NCBI GenBank assembly: GCA_964016885.1
Contig: OZ024742.1
Location: 306,094,001 to 306,158,000 of the forward strand
Origin: Eledone cirrhosa
Taxonomy: Eukaryota
DNA: 64,000 bases
Direction: 5' to 3'
The translations under genes and the position numbers were made by a program. Below are positions 38,614-53,248 of the stretch, one piece after another (within the stretch, counting starts at the first letter, position 1; the number at the start of each line of letters is the position of its first letter). The notes beneath the pieces were generated by a model. The model worked only from the letters and a program-made list of their open reading frames with translations, made no database searches and was not told the origin of the DNA.

Positions 38614-39685
38614 ATGGAACGAGCGTCGAGTAAAGGGAATAAGGATAGGTGTAGCAGACGCATAGTGGATTTAATCCCGGCTATCGAGGGTAATCCCAAT
38701 GGATGTACGGGTGGTACACCGCCCCGGGGACTTGGGACGATTCAGAACACAATCGTGACACCCCAGGACACCATCGACCCACAGGCAATTTCCAGTTATA
38801 ATAGACCAGCAGCTACTAAGGAGACAGGTATCACTAATATAGTTAGTAAGAACAAGAGGCATCGGACCAGAAATATCATGTGGTATAACCACCCTTACTC
38901 CACTGGCCTGACCACTAGTATAGCTAAGCTCTTCTTTAGGGCCTTAGGCAAATGCTTCCCTAGATCACACAGATACTATAACATATTCAATAGGAATACC
39001 ATCAAGATGTCCTACTCGACAACCAGTAAATAGCTCAGAATATAGCTAAAATGAATTATAGTAGACATAGAACAGCCCAAGGAGGAATTAGACATGGCAG
39101 TAATAATGGCAGCTCTAAGAAGGAACGGACTAATACACGTGAGGCGAGTCGGGTCTCCCCAACCCCAGAGAACTTACCCATAGAGCAGACAGGAATTGAG
39201 ACCCGACCCCAAATGTACCGTGGTTCATCTGGAACTACCCAGGTCGATAACAAAAAATGTAACTGCAGGAGCACCGCCACCTACCCCATGGCTGGGGAAT
39301 GCCTCACCAAAAACATAGTCTACGACGGTAAGGTCTCCACTCCTGATAGAACCTTCAGGTATGTTGGGGCAACTGCCACTGAATTTAAGGATAGATGGTA
39401 TAATAACCGCCATACCTTTAATAGATTTGATAAACAAAAAATAGCACGGCGCTTTCTGAATTAGTCTGGAAGCTTAAACATCAGAATATAGAGCACTCCT
39501 TATCCTGGTCCATGATTTGATCAGCCCAACCTTATAACGGCAGCACTAGCGTTTGCAATTTATGTGTAGCTGAAACCTTTAACATTATTAGAGGCAGTCC
39601 CCTATTTATTAATAGGAGAGCAGATTTTTTCAGCAATTGCCAACGTAGAACCTCGAAAACCTTCCGCAGGATTTTTGGAAAGTAA
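38614..39685 (+). pseudogene. PLE linker plus GIY-YIG endonuclease remnant
   Basis: RNIMWYNHPYS...IKMSYSTT; KCNCRSTATYPMAGECLTKNIVY...YVGATATEFKDRW; CNLCVAE; frameshifts and stops. Confidence 0.9.
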
Positions 39686-40580
39686 CCTAGCACTAACTCC
39701 TCCTACTCTACTTTAGCCATAGAATTATCTCAATAAACAGACAGTCACACACTCAGGTAGTTAGACGGCTAAGATTGTTTTCACACTTACAAACGGTACC
39801 TGACTTGTTTCCACAGATCTCTCACGGCTGAGTGCACTTTTAGAATACCTAGCTAGTAAATAGTTAGAATTGATTACACACTCAGGCAAGACCAATTACG
39901 CGCATCTATCTTTACTTGATGATACCCTAACCATTGAGTTCTCTCGGTTGGGATATAGCTAGTCGTATCAGTCAGGACCGATTACGCTCTCTATACATAA
40001 CTCTACACACAGTACCCGTTTTCTTTAGATATTGAGTTCCCACAGTTGGAACTGGTCGCGTTCCTACCGATTGAACACTATACTAGGTTTTGTTCCGTGA
40101 TCATCTAACCCTAGAGTGCTCACAGTTACGGATTGAACAATAATGCTTACACACCATTAATGGGCCTACACACATCCTCTGGGTTTTGCTATCCTTTGTT
40201 ATTTATTTTACCTTTTGTGTTGGATAACACACCTCCACCACTCAAACACCTATCTTAAAAGCCCAAGGGACCATTTGACCGGAAATCGCACTTACTGACA
40301 CATTAACCCAAATATCCACCCCTACACGGAGCCCCTTACTGGCCTACATTGCGGTTGCTTGGACGCACGGTGTTGGGGACTCAGACTCTCAATGGGACAG
40401 CGATACATACTGAGTTCGATATGAGCTGATTGCTTGCTCTTCACATGGATGTGTATATACCTGACATACACTTTTTCGGACGAAACGGATGTGTATATAC
40501 CATAACATACACTTGAAGATATGGATGTTACAATTCAATCTATACATGTATAACAGAACACTGAACTAAACTTACTTGCT

Positions 40581-40640
<60 letters not shown>

Positions 40641-41123
40641 GAGCTGTGGTTACCCCAATATTTCCAATTTACATCGTCAAATTGAGATTTGACCAATGTA
40701 GCATTTGTTGTTTTGTAAACGAACTTTCGATGAATGCTGTGTTGGTACATTCTTATTCTTATATTTGGTGTTTTTTTCTATGACATCGCTTCGGTGTGTG
40801 TGTACCCACTCACACTAATTGTGACCTTCTACAGGTTTGATGCTGTGTTGATATGTTTATATATATTTTTTTTCTTTGACCTCGAGCCGGTGTGTATGGG
40901 TGTTGAGTGTGTGTGTACCCACTCACATTAACTGTGACCGACTGTATTTCTACAGAACTGATTAATGTCCAGCGTCCTTTGCAGCTATGGAGATTTGACA
41001 GTTTTATGACCCTAAGCAGTCGCCGTATTTCTGACTACTGGATCTCCATATGAGGGAATAAACTCAGTGAGTGAACATTGCTAATTTTCTCACTCATATC
41101 AAGAATTTGAAGACAATTCATTT

Positions 41124-41197
41124 TCACCTGATGAGATCAGTGATAATTGAACATGGCTTTACGATCGATCTATCTCTTATTGAAACATGTGTCGTGA
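41124..41197 (+). ncRNA. Type I hammerhead, canonical core (family H)
   Basis: TCAC-CTGATGA-GATcAGtGATA...TATCtCTtATT-GAAA-CATGTG-TC-GTGA. Confidence 0.75.
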
Positions 41198-41239
41198 TTA
41201 AAATGATTGGAATTTTACCTTGCCTTCAGATTTTCATTT

Positions 41240-41372
<133 letters not shown>

Positions 41373-42474
41373 AGTGTGTGTCTCGGTGTGTATGTGTGTG
41401 TGTGCGTATTTTAAGGATAACATTATTTCATCGATCCGGAAACCTGAACTACAAAGGTCACATATATGTCTATGCAAATTTGCATCTATGTAGATATGTA
41501 CGTGTGGTAAAGTGAAACATAGTGTCTGATAATCTATTAGACAATTTTAACCCTCCTTGACGAATGAAGAGCTTTATAAGTTTTAATTGTTGAAATTTAA
41601 GTTGTAATTGAAATGAAATATATTAGATCTGAATTTAAGTTTAATTCCATTGAATGTCAAAGTAAAAACGTTTTTGGTGTGCTTGATATATATGATTATT
41701 GATTACCTCTCCAGATCTGATCGTTTGAAAAGATGTTGCCTTTAAAGAGTTATTATAGAAATAGTGGACGCAATTATAAATTAATTGAATATTTATTTCT
41801 TCAAAAGGATTAGTCATGAAACTGGCTAATTCCAGCAACCGAAATTAAATCTCTCCTTTAAAGAAGGACATATCAGAAAAATCGAATTGTAAAACATCAT
41901 ATGTTTGTGTGATTTTTCTTCAAAAACGGTAATTATGTAAGTAGAACATATTTTATGTAGTTCTAAAATATTATTCGTTTTGCACAAAAAGTATGGAAAC
42001 AGTTGTGATTTAATTGTATTGTTTTGGACCTACGTCTGTTCCTATGACCAGTGCTACAGTTATTAACCCGCTAGTGAAATTAACATGCAGGAAACGGCTA
42101 CTCCTTCATTAATTCTCAAGTTTGATAATGTGTGACAAGACTGACTATTTGAATTACAGGCGCAAATAATTTTGAGGTTTTTTCTTTGAGCAAGACACTA
42201 TATTTCCCATTTCATTCAGTAGCGTTGGTGTAAAATCGTGATGGCTTCCAATTATAAACTTTTCGAAATTGAACACATTGGTTTGTGTTCAAACCAATAA
42301 AGAAGAAAAGATTAATGAAGGATATCGCTGGAAACGTTAGACTAATGTTGTTCCTGACGACTACATATGCATAATTACATCTTAAAGAATATACAGTACC
42401 TCATATTTAGGTATTGTCGGAGAACGTAGTTTGGTCAGCCTCTGACATAATCAAATGACTTCAAAAGTTGATAC

Positions 42475-42602
<128 letters not shown>

Positions 42603-43002
42603 GTGTGTGTGTGTGTGTGTATATGTATATATGTATGTATATATTGGCACATAAGACAAAAACGGACATCACGTTCCTCATCAGTCACTTATTGGAGATC
42701 AGCATGCTTTGGGTACTTTATAATTGATACTTTTCCGTCCAGTGAACACCAGATTACAACAGGACAGGACAAAACACAGTAAAAAGGGAGAGAAATACAC
42801 AATGTGTAGGTAGGGAAGGACAGGGAAGTAGATAAATAGCTAGTTAGGAAGGGGCAGACACGAGGTAAGGGATAGAGAATGAGGAAGAAATCAGAGAACG
42901 AGGAAAGAAAGAAAAGTCACAGGTAACGTAAAATCTATTTTTAGACAGAGGTAAAAACGTATGCATGTCTTGAAGAATGTGTTTAACTATTATTGATTAT
43001 GC

Positions 43003-43049
43003 GCATCTGAAAAGACCATAAATATGGAGTCGAATACAATTGTTACCCA
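43003..43049 (+). ncRNA. Probable hammerhead relic at the end of a (TA)n-flanked element
   Basis: CTGAAAA-GACCATA aa TATGgaGTC-GAAt-ACAATTGT-T; stem I is poor. Confidence 0.4.
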
Positions 43050-43055
43050 TTCCTC

Positions 43056-43126
<71 letters not shown>

Positions 43127-44999
43127 TATGTGTGTATATACATATACATATGTGTTTTTGTGTATATGTATAGGCATGCGTCTATGTCCGCTTTTTTTCT
43201 TTTAATTAACAATAAAAACAACAAGCCGGTCTCGAATTCAGAAACACATCTTTTTCATTGGAATTAAGACAATATCAACTAGGTTATCTTGTCATAACTA
43301 TTTTTAGTAAAAGAGTAAATAAAAGAAAAAAAGAGGTTATATGTCTTAATCTGTATGGTGAACAAATGGGTTCCCACGTGCTGGCCTTCCCACAGCCCCG
43401 GCGGACAGAAAGGAGAAGGTGTTTCCCGGAGGATGGTAAGGGAAATGCGCTGGAAGAGCCATTCCAACTCGCGAGGCTCACACCTGCGGCTGGCCAGCTC
43501 AACGCATATGGTGGTGAATAGGGAGGTAGCTCTAGGACACCAGAAGTCTCCACTGCCAAGGGCACGACCGTGAACCTGTCGGAGAGGGACCGGTACTAGG
43601 TTATTATGTATCTATGTCTGGATGTGTGTGTATCTGTGTGTGTGCGCCTGTGTGTGTCTGTGAGTGCGGTGTATGTGTGCATGCATGAATTTCATTACAA
43701 GTGTGCGTGTACCTGTATGAATCTTACTGCATTATTGATATGTATGCGTTGTGTTATATGTGCACATATACATATGTTTATATATCTACTACATGTGTAC
43801 ATGTAGTTATTATATGCTAAATTTCTCGAAAGTTTTATATATTTTCATAACTCTATTAATGTCTGTACTTACAATTTCCTCATAAACCGTGTTCTTCCTG
43901 GTTTTTAGAAGCCCAGCTTTAGAAGCATTTACTAATACATAGTAAAAATAGGCTCTATGATCATATACAAATTATTGCAAATGTTTAGTATTTTGTATTT
44001 CACAGAAATGCATTATGATCTTTTTTAAATATAATAAATCGCAGTGTCATATCTTTTTGAAAGAGAATTGAAACCGAATTTCGTTTAAAATCTCTCTCAC
44101 CCATAAAGAGAATTCTGCTTTCGGTTAAGCACTGAGTAAATGTTGTAGCAGAAACAGTACATGAATATTTTTTTTAATTATATGGTTTTTATTTACAGCA
44201 TAATTGGAAACAAAATTAGCACCTATAAGATTTAAAAGGTGAAATTCGAAATCAGCCACAACAAAGCAACTAATCTGCCTCTTTTACTGTCTCGGCGATT
44301 TCTTCCAACTTCCTTAACCAGAAGATTGGCATCTAATTAGAAAGCAATTATTTCATTCTCAGTAATATTATAGTAGTTAATAGCTAGTAGTCGTGTGAAT
44401 ATATAGAAAATAGCACTGACACGACCTGAAAACCCTCAATGTTGTGTGAATGGTTTCATAGAGGAACAGGTAATTATTTGAATATTGACAACCTAATTTA
44501 AGAAGTGGTTAAGAAACTGACAGAGAAACTAGAAATGGCGTTGATGGGTTGAATGAAAATCTGCGACCTGACCTTACATTTATATCTAATGTCTCAGCGC
44601 AAGTTTGAGTTAGCGTGCTGATGAGATGTTGACCATTTCATTGTCTTATGTGTCTCCGATACTTCAAGCTGCTTTAGAATTCATGCTTAATTTGTATGCG
44701 TTTGTGAATTCATTTGCATGAATATGGTTGTAATCATGACCATATGTTATACTATATTAGTATACACTTAGATTATTTTGATCGTTTTTAATAGATTTCA
44801 ATGTGATAGACCGAATGGTATGTGTGTAAGCTGGGCGTGAGTGCATATGCGTTTCAGAGCGCAAACCATTTTGAGTATTAAGCTGTGTTATACGTGATTG
44901 TTTGTGTCTCCATGTGTTACGACGAGACTTCTATGTTTGATACCTGACTACATGAACAAATTATTTACGTCATTACAGAGACATGCGTATCTGTTTGAG

Positions 45000-46095
45000 T
45001 AAAACATTCACTCGAGTCTAAAACAGCTGCTATATCTTTAGCTGGTGTTGAGTTTTCAGCCAATGCTATATAGAATGTACGGGTGTGGGGGTACTGAGGC
45101 TACAAAAGCCCGATTGGCTACCTCAGGGTAAGTGAAAGAGGAAAAAGGAAAAGGAAGAGGAGAGGGAGTGGAAGGAAGTTAGAAGAAGAGATAAAGTGAA
45201 AGAAGAAAATAATTACATCTACCTATGTATGCTGGGGCTTCGCCTATCTTGTTCGGCAAGAGGGGAAAAGAAGAATGTTACAGCCATTGTCTACCCACCC
45301 GGGTCATGAGGGGGTTTGAAGGCAAGGTAAGTCCTACGCAATCGGTGTTTACATGCGGTTACATTTCGTCTTTTTTCTTTAGGAGTTGGTCCTTCGTAGA
45401 CAGCATTTGTATTGTTTCCTCCGAGTATAAGTTACACGGACGGCGTCCTCTCCAGTAGGAGTTAGCCCTGGAAAGTAAGCTCCAAGTAAGATGGTATGTG
45501 ATGTTATTATCTTGGAGGTCCCAGATGTTGCCCAAAAGTATAGTGACTAGTCGCCGGGCCGGGTTTCTGTGTTGTTAGAGCCGGGCCTTAAAGTCACAGG
45601 CGGTTAATCCAATATAGGCTTTGTTGGAGTTCTCCTTTCTCACGTTGCATTGGTAGATCACGTTACGTTTTTTTTTTTATTATTTTTTAATTTTAATTTT
45701 TTAATTTTAAAATTTGCCATTTTCAGTATGCTGTATAATTCTATTTTCGCTTGCTTTCTTGCTAGCCTACTTCATCCACACTCCTTAGAATTAGTTGTAT
45801 AGAACTTACTTTCAATATTTGACCGGCTTAACCCACTCCCCCATTGTTCTACAAGCAAGTTCAGCCACCCCCACATTCTACCCACCGTCGTGTAATATTT
45901 AACTGTGTTGACAAGAAACTTTGACCAATCCTTTTGACAGCTATAACCTTCAGAAATACATGATTATCGCTTGCCCATATACGGAATTACCCTTGAAAAG
46001 TTCGGCTATATTATTACTATGCTAAAAATCTAATTTAGTCCTGCAATAGCCATCGAAGCGGCTTGAGCTCTGCCGTCGGGGTCCTGAACCTTTTT
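45000..46095. mobile_element. Truncated family A PLE: EN C-terminus on - (to about 45668) plus inverted 3' end on +
   Basis: 45060-45668 is colinear with 33640-34270; 45730-46095 is similar to 130-465. Confidence 0.85.
45989..46082 (+). ncRNA. Type I hammerhead, U3-A8 core, A15.1>G (family A)
   Basis: ACCC-TTGAAAA...GAAG-CGGC ttGAGCTCt GCCG-TC-GGG. Confidence 0.7.
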
Positions 46096-46106
46096 CTATA
46101 TATATA

Positions 46107-46173
<67 letters not shown>

Positions 46174-47833
46174 ATGTGTGTGTGTCTGTGTATCTGTGTG
46201 ATGTATATATGTGCATACATAGTGAAAGAGAGAGAAAGAGAGAGAAGTATAGATATACGAGCAAATTATCTCGCAGGCTGAATATGGCGAGAAGTGGGAA
46301 ATAAATTCAATCAATACGAAATGTAACTCTGTCTATAATCCAACGACGTACAAACAATGGGCATGTTTTAATCTTATTAGATAACCTCAGTGAAGCATAT
46401 TCCCTCACCAAGTTAGTTTAAAGTAGAGTGCTGCCATCAATATTATCGGTGTAAACATTGCTGCCACTATTCTCAGCTCACTGTTGCTGATGCTACTAGT
46501 AAGGGGCTAGTGAGACATGCCTTTCTCCCCGTAGCTTATTTTATTGGTGCAGAGCTGCTCTCTTCTATCGTTTAAGTTATTGTTGTTATTTGTAATGTCA
46601 TTAAACTTTCAATACATCGAATCCTATTCACCTGGGAGTCCGGATAAATACAGAAACCGAGCAACTTATCCGGTATATCTGTACGGGCGCAACGATGCAG
46701 TCTCGACACTATGATCGTGCTTCAGCAGGTGCTGGGCTATAAAATCGGAGAATGTTGCTCCTCTAATCGTTTCGCCCTTTCCCATTTCCACCCATCGCAC
46801 CTTTGCCAACCTGGCTCGTTGTACAAATTTTGAAACTCCCTATCTTCGAGTAAGTGTTTTAGCTCTAACAACGCAAACTTCGTGTTTTGAGTTCAACAAC
46901 AGTTGACCATTCTCACCTTTATTACGTCTTATATGATGCTTTTCCTAAACGCCTTTTCTAAAATGTTTACTACCACACTCTTTAATCTCACGTTTCTATC
47001 GCTGCTTATTGACTAAATTTTATCGCTTTCCTTTTAGAGCTACTCTTCACTGGTTGTTGACGATTATCCCTGTCAAACTCTTCCTAACGACTATGTAGGA
47101 GATTTGGTGGGGAACTATGCGTTGATCTTCCGGTAGTCTGCTCCCTGTTTTTGGTTTTATCGTAGTCGACAGTGCAGATCACACGTTTTGGGTTTGCTTA
47201 GTCAACTATTTGAAATTATAGATACCATACACAATTCATGTCAGCTGAATCAATAAATGCTCTATCTGGATTGCCCCCTATCCTTGCACAATGTCCACCC
47301 TGACACATTCAAGAAATCCAGTCGATGATTATCAAACAGCTGGAAATATCTGAGCTGCATTGCACGTTTTGTTTTACAACACACATCAATAGGGTTTTTT
47401 GCTGCTATTGTGATTTCATTGTTATAGTTGCTGCTCTGGAAGTGCTGACTTTATTATTGCTACTACAGTTGTTGTGGTGTTGGTGACAATTCAATGCTTG
47501 AGGCGAGGAAGCATAAAAAGAGATGAAAAATTTCGCATTTTTATTCATGTGTCACTCCTGGCTGGCTTTTAAATATGACGAAGTTTTCTTTGAAATTTAT
47601 GGTTTGAAAAAAATATTTCTTTCCAAATTTCGGCCCCCAGGAGAAACTAGCCAGTCTTTTAAGACCTTCGTCGGTTCAGCAGCGAAAATGAAGAAAAAAA
47701 TATTAACTATAGCATATCCCTAAATATAGAAATATTGAATAATATTTGCTGCACTTTGTGGCAAGAGGTAAACACTTCAGACTTGCTCAAAAGCAGCAGC
47801 ACTGGGAACATCTGCAGCATTAATAGCAGCAAC

Positions 47834-47891
<58 letters not shown>

Positions 47892-48111
47892 ATATTGGGG
47901 ATGGATGAATTAAATTAAAACAACTGCATCACCCGAGAGAAGAGAGAGGTGTCCTGCAAATTGTTGGTAGCGAAATTTGAACGGAGAATGCACATTAACG
48001 CACAATATTCTGCAAAATTTGAGGTCCATTTTGGGGGGAGGATTTGCACTGTTTATAATGTTTTGTTTACATAAGCATAAGAACAATTTTGTAGCGAAGG
48101 CATATACTAGA

Positions 48112-48250
48112 TAATGACTGGTACTTATTTATCTCAGCTTGGAGACAAGAAAGGTGAAGTCCACCACGTCAGGATTCGAACTTATCTTATAAAGAAACAC
48201 CACGAAATAACGAAAGGCATTTTATCCACCAATCAATCGTTTCCGCATTA
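48112..48250 (-). mobile_element. Highly decayed tRNA-derived SINE
   Basis: actggtacttattt...aaaggtgaagtc...ggattcgaact is colinear with the main SINE family. Confidence 0.5.
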
Positions 48251-50479
48251 CACTGCTCTTAAATAATGCATATGGAGCTGACACGAGAGTCAATCTGAAT
48301 ATTTCGTAAAAATATAATAAATGAACTTGTCACATGCTGCTGAAATTTTGTGGGGGGAAAAAATATTAAAAACATAGAAGCATACACTGAGAGAAATACT
48401 GACTCATGCATACTATTATATCCAGTATAACTAATATGAATTGATTAAAGCAAGTTGAAGATGGGACAAATAGTAAACTGTGAGGAGATTCAAGTAAATA
48501 TATGGAAGGAGAGAAATAGAGAAAGGGAGCTGGGGTGGCTAAGATAAAGAGAAAGAAGGGGAGAAAGATTGGGACAAAGAGGAAGAGAGTGTGAGAAGGA
48601 GATGGCGAAGAAAAGAAATATGACTAAAAAGAAGAGGCTAAAAATGTAAATAGCTACTGCATCGATTACATATCTGAGTGCTGTATGAATTATGATGAAA
48701 TGCTTCCCATTTTAACGATGACTAATAGACGTTGAGTTAAGAAACATAAAAAGATCCTTTTCAAGGCAGTTTATAATAAAGCTTTACAGATATGCTTTTA
48801 TTATTTTCCTGGTTTCAGTCACTAAAATATGGCCATTCTGGTGCAAAAGAATTGAAGGTTTCAGTCAATAATATCGAATTCAGCGCTTATTTCAGTATGG
48901 CAATATATTATCGATTCATATTTATCAAAGAATAAGGTATCTTTGTTTTTACAAACATAAAGAAAAACACATTCTTTATGTACATAGATGCCGCATCAGT
49001 TTTGTGATGCCTTTAAAGTCCTCTCTCCTATCGGAATCTAAGATTTTTTTTAAATCCACCTTTAGTGGATAATTTAGAGGCCCCATAAAATCTACCTGCC
49101 TTATTACTGTTAGGCTGTCCTCGTCTAGAGCCAGAAACCTTGTTTGTGTGTCACTCGTACGTACCTTGAGATACAGATTCAAACAAAAATTCACTTAGTC
49201 ATAGCAGGACGATGAAAATATACTTATACCTTGTGAGCCTCCAGAATGGAGCATGGGTAATGGTGTGTAGAAAGTTTTAGTCTCCCTGATGGTGACTATA
49301 TCCGAGTGACTATCTTTCGAAGCGAACCCAATCCTTTTGAAAAAATTTGACAGAGTGTATTTATTACTGTTGTAATTGTTATTTAGATGCTCTGAGGAGG
49401 TGTGTAGACGGAGAAATTTTGCAGCATATCCGTATGTATTTCGTCTATTCCTGAATTCATCCGTTGCTTTTTGGTTGGAGGTGTAACTGGTGTGATTACC
49501 TTTCCTACTGTTGCTGCTCTTTTGGGTTTGTTGATGCGGCTGATGTTGCCGATGTGGGCCTGGTTATGATGCTTCCACATTTTAAACAGCTTGAGATTGT
49601 TTGAGCAAGTGATGGTTTGAGTTGGGGATTAGGTTAACAATTGTAACGTCTCTATTGATCGTTGGAGTGAGAGGGGGGGGGGACCAAATGCATTTTCTCC
49701 ATTGTGTTGTATTACAAAAGATGTGAAGCTGACATTCTTCCTTCATACTTCTTATAATGTTCATATTGCGTGCTTGGGTTTCTTTAAACTGAAATAAACA
49801 AAAGACAATTAAAATGAACATTTTTGAATGTTTATTTTTAGAAATTGAAATACTAAAACATAATCTCTATTGGGGTACAATTTAGTCGAGCAGCACACAG
49901 CGCTGCTATAGTCAGTTATGCTGTACGATAAAGCATATTGATGGAAAAACAAAAGTCGTAAATGGGCAATGTTGACAACAAATATATCAATTACATGGAG
50001 CGATAAAATTTCTGACTCACATTTCAACAAAACATTACGATATCGACGACGACGATGATGATGATGATGATGATGATGATAATGATGATGAGGATGATGA
50101 TGATGATGATGATACTAATAATAATACATTTTATTTGCCATAGTTCCACAAATCGTGGTAAAGGTACAAAAGTAAAATACATAGGAAACGAGAAATTAAT
50201 CAACAAAACCGATAATGGTCCATTAACAAATAGATCACTAAACAGCAATAAAAAATATAGAACAGCAATTAAGAACAGTGCAGTGCAAGATCCCTACAAT
50301 GAAGGTAATGAGAATATGGAATGAATCGGATCACTGTCTCCCTCATAGACACTGATTACTCTGATGTATGAAGTTAGTTCCACGCGCCTACAGTCGCAAA
50401 CTTAGTGTAAGTGCATTCAACGACACAATTTTTGTGAGTGTATCAATGACACTCATAACATTTTCTGACTGACAACAAC

Positions 50480-50785
50480 ACCTTCTCTAACCTCAACGTC
50501 CTTCACAAGAGTTACTTCAAGAAGTTGGTGAACGCTTGTAACAGAACAGATTACCTGCCTATGGAAAGCGAAGTGGAAGATTGATCTTCACGAAGACAGT
50601 ATAACTTTATACTCCAGCTTCAAACAAATGTCTACTGGGACATCTTTCTAGTTTTCGCTCAATACTATGTTTGTTGCTTTTCAATTGTATAATGAAAAGC
50701 CAGTTTGGCAGACAATATAGAAAAAGAGATGAGCTCTCTCATCAAATCTTTTCGTAGATGACATCAAATTGTATGCGGCAACCGC
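50480..50785 (+). mobile_element. Decayed R4/Dong-like RT fragment
   Basis: Frameshifted SH.IFVDDIKLYAA at about 50735-50780. Confidence 0.5.
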
Positions 50786-52281
50786 TTTCCTGTTTAGCCA
50801 ACGTCCCATCAATATTCCCAAGCAGTTTAACACGGACATTAACATACACAGCTTTCATGTCTTGCCATTATTTTCCAGCTCTTCAGTCAGTGCCTGCTCA
50901 ATTTTGCCAAGTAGTTTAACACGAACATAACGATATCCATATTCAGTGTTTTCTCAGTATTGCCAAGCTGTTTAGCAGGAATATTAACATATTGAAATGC
51001 AGAAAACTGAAAACAAAACAAATCATGTTGACCACTAGAATACATGATTTAGAACTCCTGGGTATTAGGAGACATTAGATAATGAACTTCCTATACTTAA
51101 CCTAAAAGGTATGGGACAGCCATGGGTGGGACGCCTTCTGTTATTGAGCTTACCTAAAATAAAACAATGCAGTTTTTAATAAAATGAGTTGAACAACTAC
51201 AAAAGATTAATCAATTATTTGGGAGCAAAATGCAATTATACACAAGTGTATTATGGTATGATTATAGCACTGCATTTAGTCAAACTCCTATAGTGTGTGG
51301 TATATAGTTAGCCACTACAAAACATGAAAAGGATGCATAAAATATTTATTCACCAACAAAAACATTAGCCGGAAGCGATGTTTATAATATGATTACCGAG
51401 GATGACCAACAAAAAGGAAACAAACGATGTAGCAGAAAACCGAGAATAAGAGGAAGGAATGAGCTGAGCAATGAATTAGTAAGAAGGCGAACCTAATGAG
51501 AAGTAACATCTACTAATTATAAGAAACTTGTTCAAGTTCATTAATATGGGTGGCTCTTCAAGATATTGAAAAACCACATCATTACCATCTGTTGCGCTGC
51601 AGTGATTTTAGGAACATAGAAATGAATAATTAAATAAATAAATGTATAAATATCTAAAAATAGTATGGGGGAGGGTGTTTCTGTAAACAGAAGTCAACTG
51701 AGCGAGACAGATGTATTATGAGAAAGTTACATCAGTTAGAAATACGTTAAAAATACAAGGAGGTAGGAGAGAAAATCAGGAGAATGAATACCATGACGAT
51801 GATAATAACACCAACAACAACAACTATAAGAAAAACATATATGCGACAAAATATATAGAAACGACAACAACAAAGACAACAACGACAGCAATGACAAATT
51901 ATCTCTCTATGTGTTATGTCTAATTTTCCAGTCCCAATACCGATATAATAACGACCAAGTTAAATATCAGTTAGGCACAGCTCAGATATATAATTTGGCC
52001 AATAACACTTAGAATCTGATGACCACAAGACTGAGCTGGTCAACAACACATTCACACTGCTGAATACCAGGCTGGGCTGGTCAGCAACAAATACAAACTG
52101 ATGACCACCAGAGACCCCACCCTCCCCCCTCCCCTCCGTATTTTTCTGTGACACTAGAGCCCTTGCTTTCCCCTTCTTTTTCTGTTTTCATAAGCACAAA
52201 AGACACTTGAATAATCAATGTAACTCTAATTTGTGTTGTGTGTACTATTTTTATTTGCTTTTATATGGTCAATATTAGAAT

Positions 52282-52462
52282 GTGGATTGGCATATCGGTA
52301 GATGGTCGGACGCCATGCTTTGACGCATAGAGTTACGGCCCTTGCCATTCTGAGTTCAAATCCCGCCGAGGTTAACTTTGCCTGTCATCCTTATGGGGTC
52401 GATAAAATAAAGTACCAGTAATGCTCTGGGTAATTGCTGGCCTTGTGCCAAAAGTAGAAACA
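52282..52462 (+). mobile_element. tRNA-derived SINE with 11-bp TSD
   Basis: B-box GAGTTCAAATCC; AATATTAGAAT at 52271-52281 and 52463-52473. Confidence 0.88.
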
Positions 52463-53199
52463 AATATTAGAATAAACCTTATGAAATATTACCTACAAAT
52501 GGTTGATATTTCTTCTACGTTAAATGAGAATGTTGAAGATTCAATTGTTAGGTCGTCCATTTCTGCAGGTACACGATAAAACCAGGTGCCATATGTTATC
52601 TATTTTTAAGAGAAGTCGGTACTGATTACGTTTGAAGTCTTCTTTGAACAGTCGGATGGGACTTTACCTGAAATAAAACAATGCATTTATAAATAAAAAG
52701 AGTTTAAATGAATGCATGCAAGATTTCTCAGCTCTAGAACCACTCCTTCATAGTCAGCCAATGGAATGTTCAGCCTATGAACATTTCAGCCCAGCCTCGT
52801 AATAAAACATGCAGTGCACCAAGTATATATACCAAAGTCTGGCATTTATTTTGCAAACTTTCTATAGTAATTCAGTTCGTGTTGTTACATCTTGCTATTG
52901 TTGGCTACAGGACATCAGGTTGAACTAGTGCAGCAATCGCTCGGTGCATTGTACGGTTTACAGATGCAGGATAGCCTAATCCATAATCAAACATTAAGGA
53001 TGATATTAAGAAAAAGATATGCGGATTATTTCTATAGTTGTATACGATATCTATTTGTGCAAAGACAAAACACAGACAAACACTCACCAGGCATACACAC
53101 AAACTCACATGCACACGCAAACGTACACGCACGCACACAGGTGCACGCTCGTATGAATGCGTATATGGATATATTATATATATATATGTGTGTTTGTGT

Positions 53200-53248
<49 letters not shown>

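Noticed and set aside
43340-43600. GC-rich island with overlapping short ORFs
   Set aside because: No recognisable motif or splice structure; probably an old element fragment
46620-47400. Possible decayed RTE-like LINE on the minus strand
   Set aside because: Could not recover a diagnostic motif by eye
52016-52105. Two CTGATGA boxes (HHR or C/D snoRNA candidate)
   Set aside because: No GAAA strand or stem III, and no terminal stem with a properly placed D box
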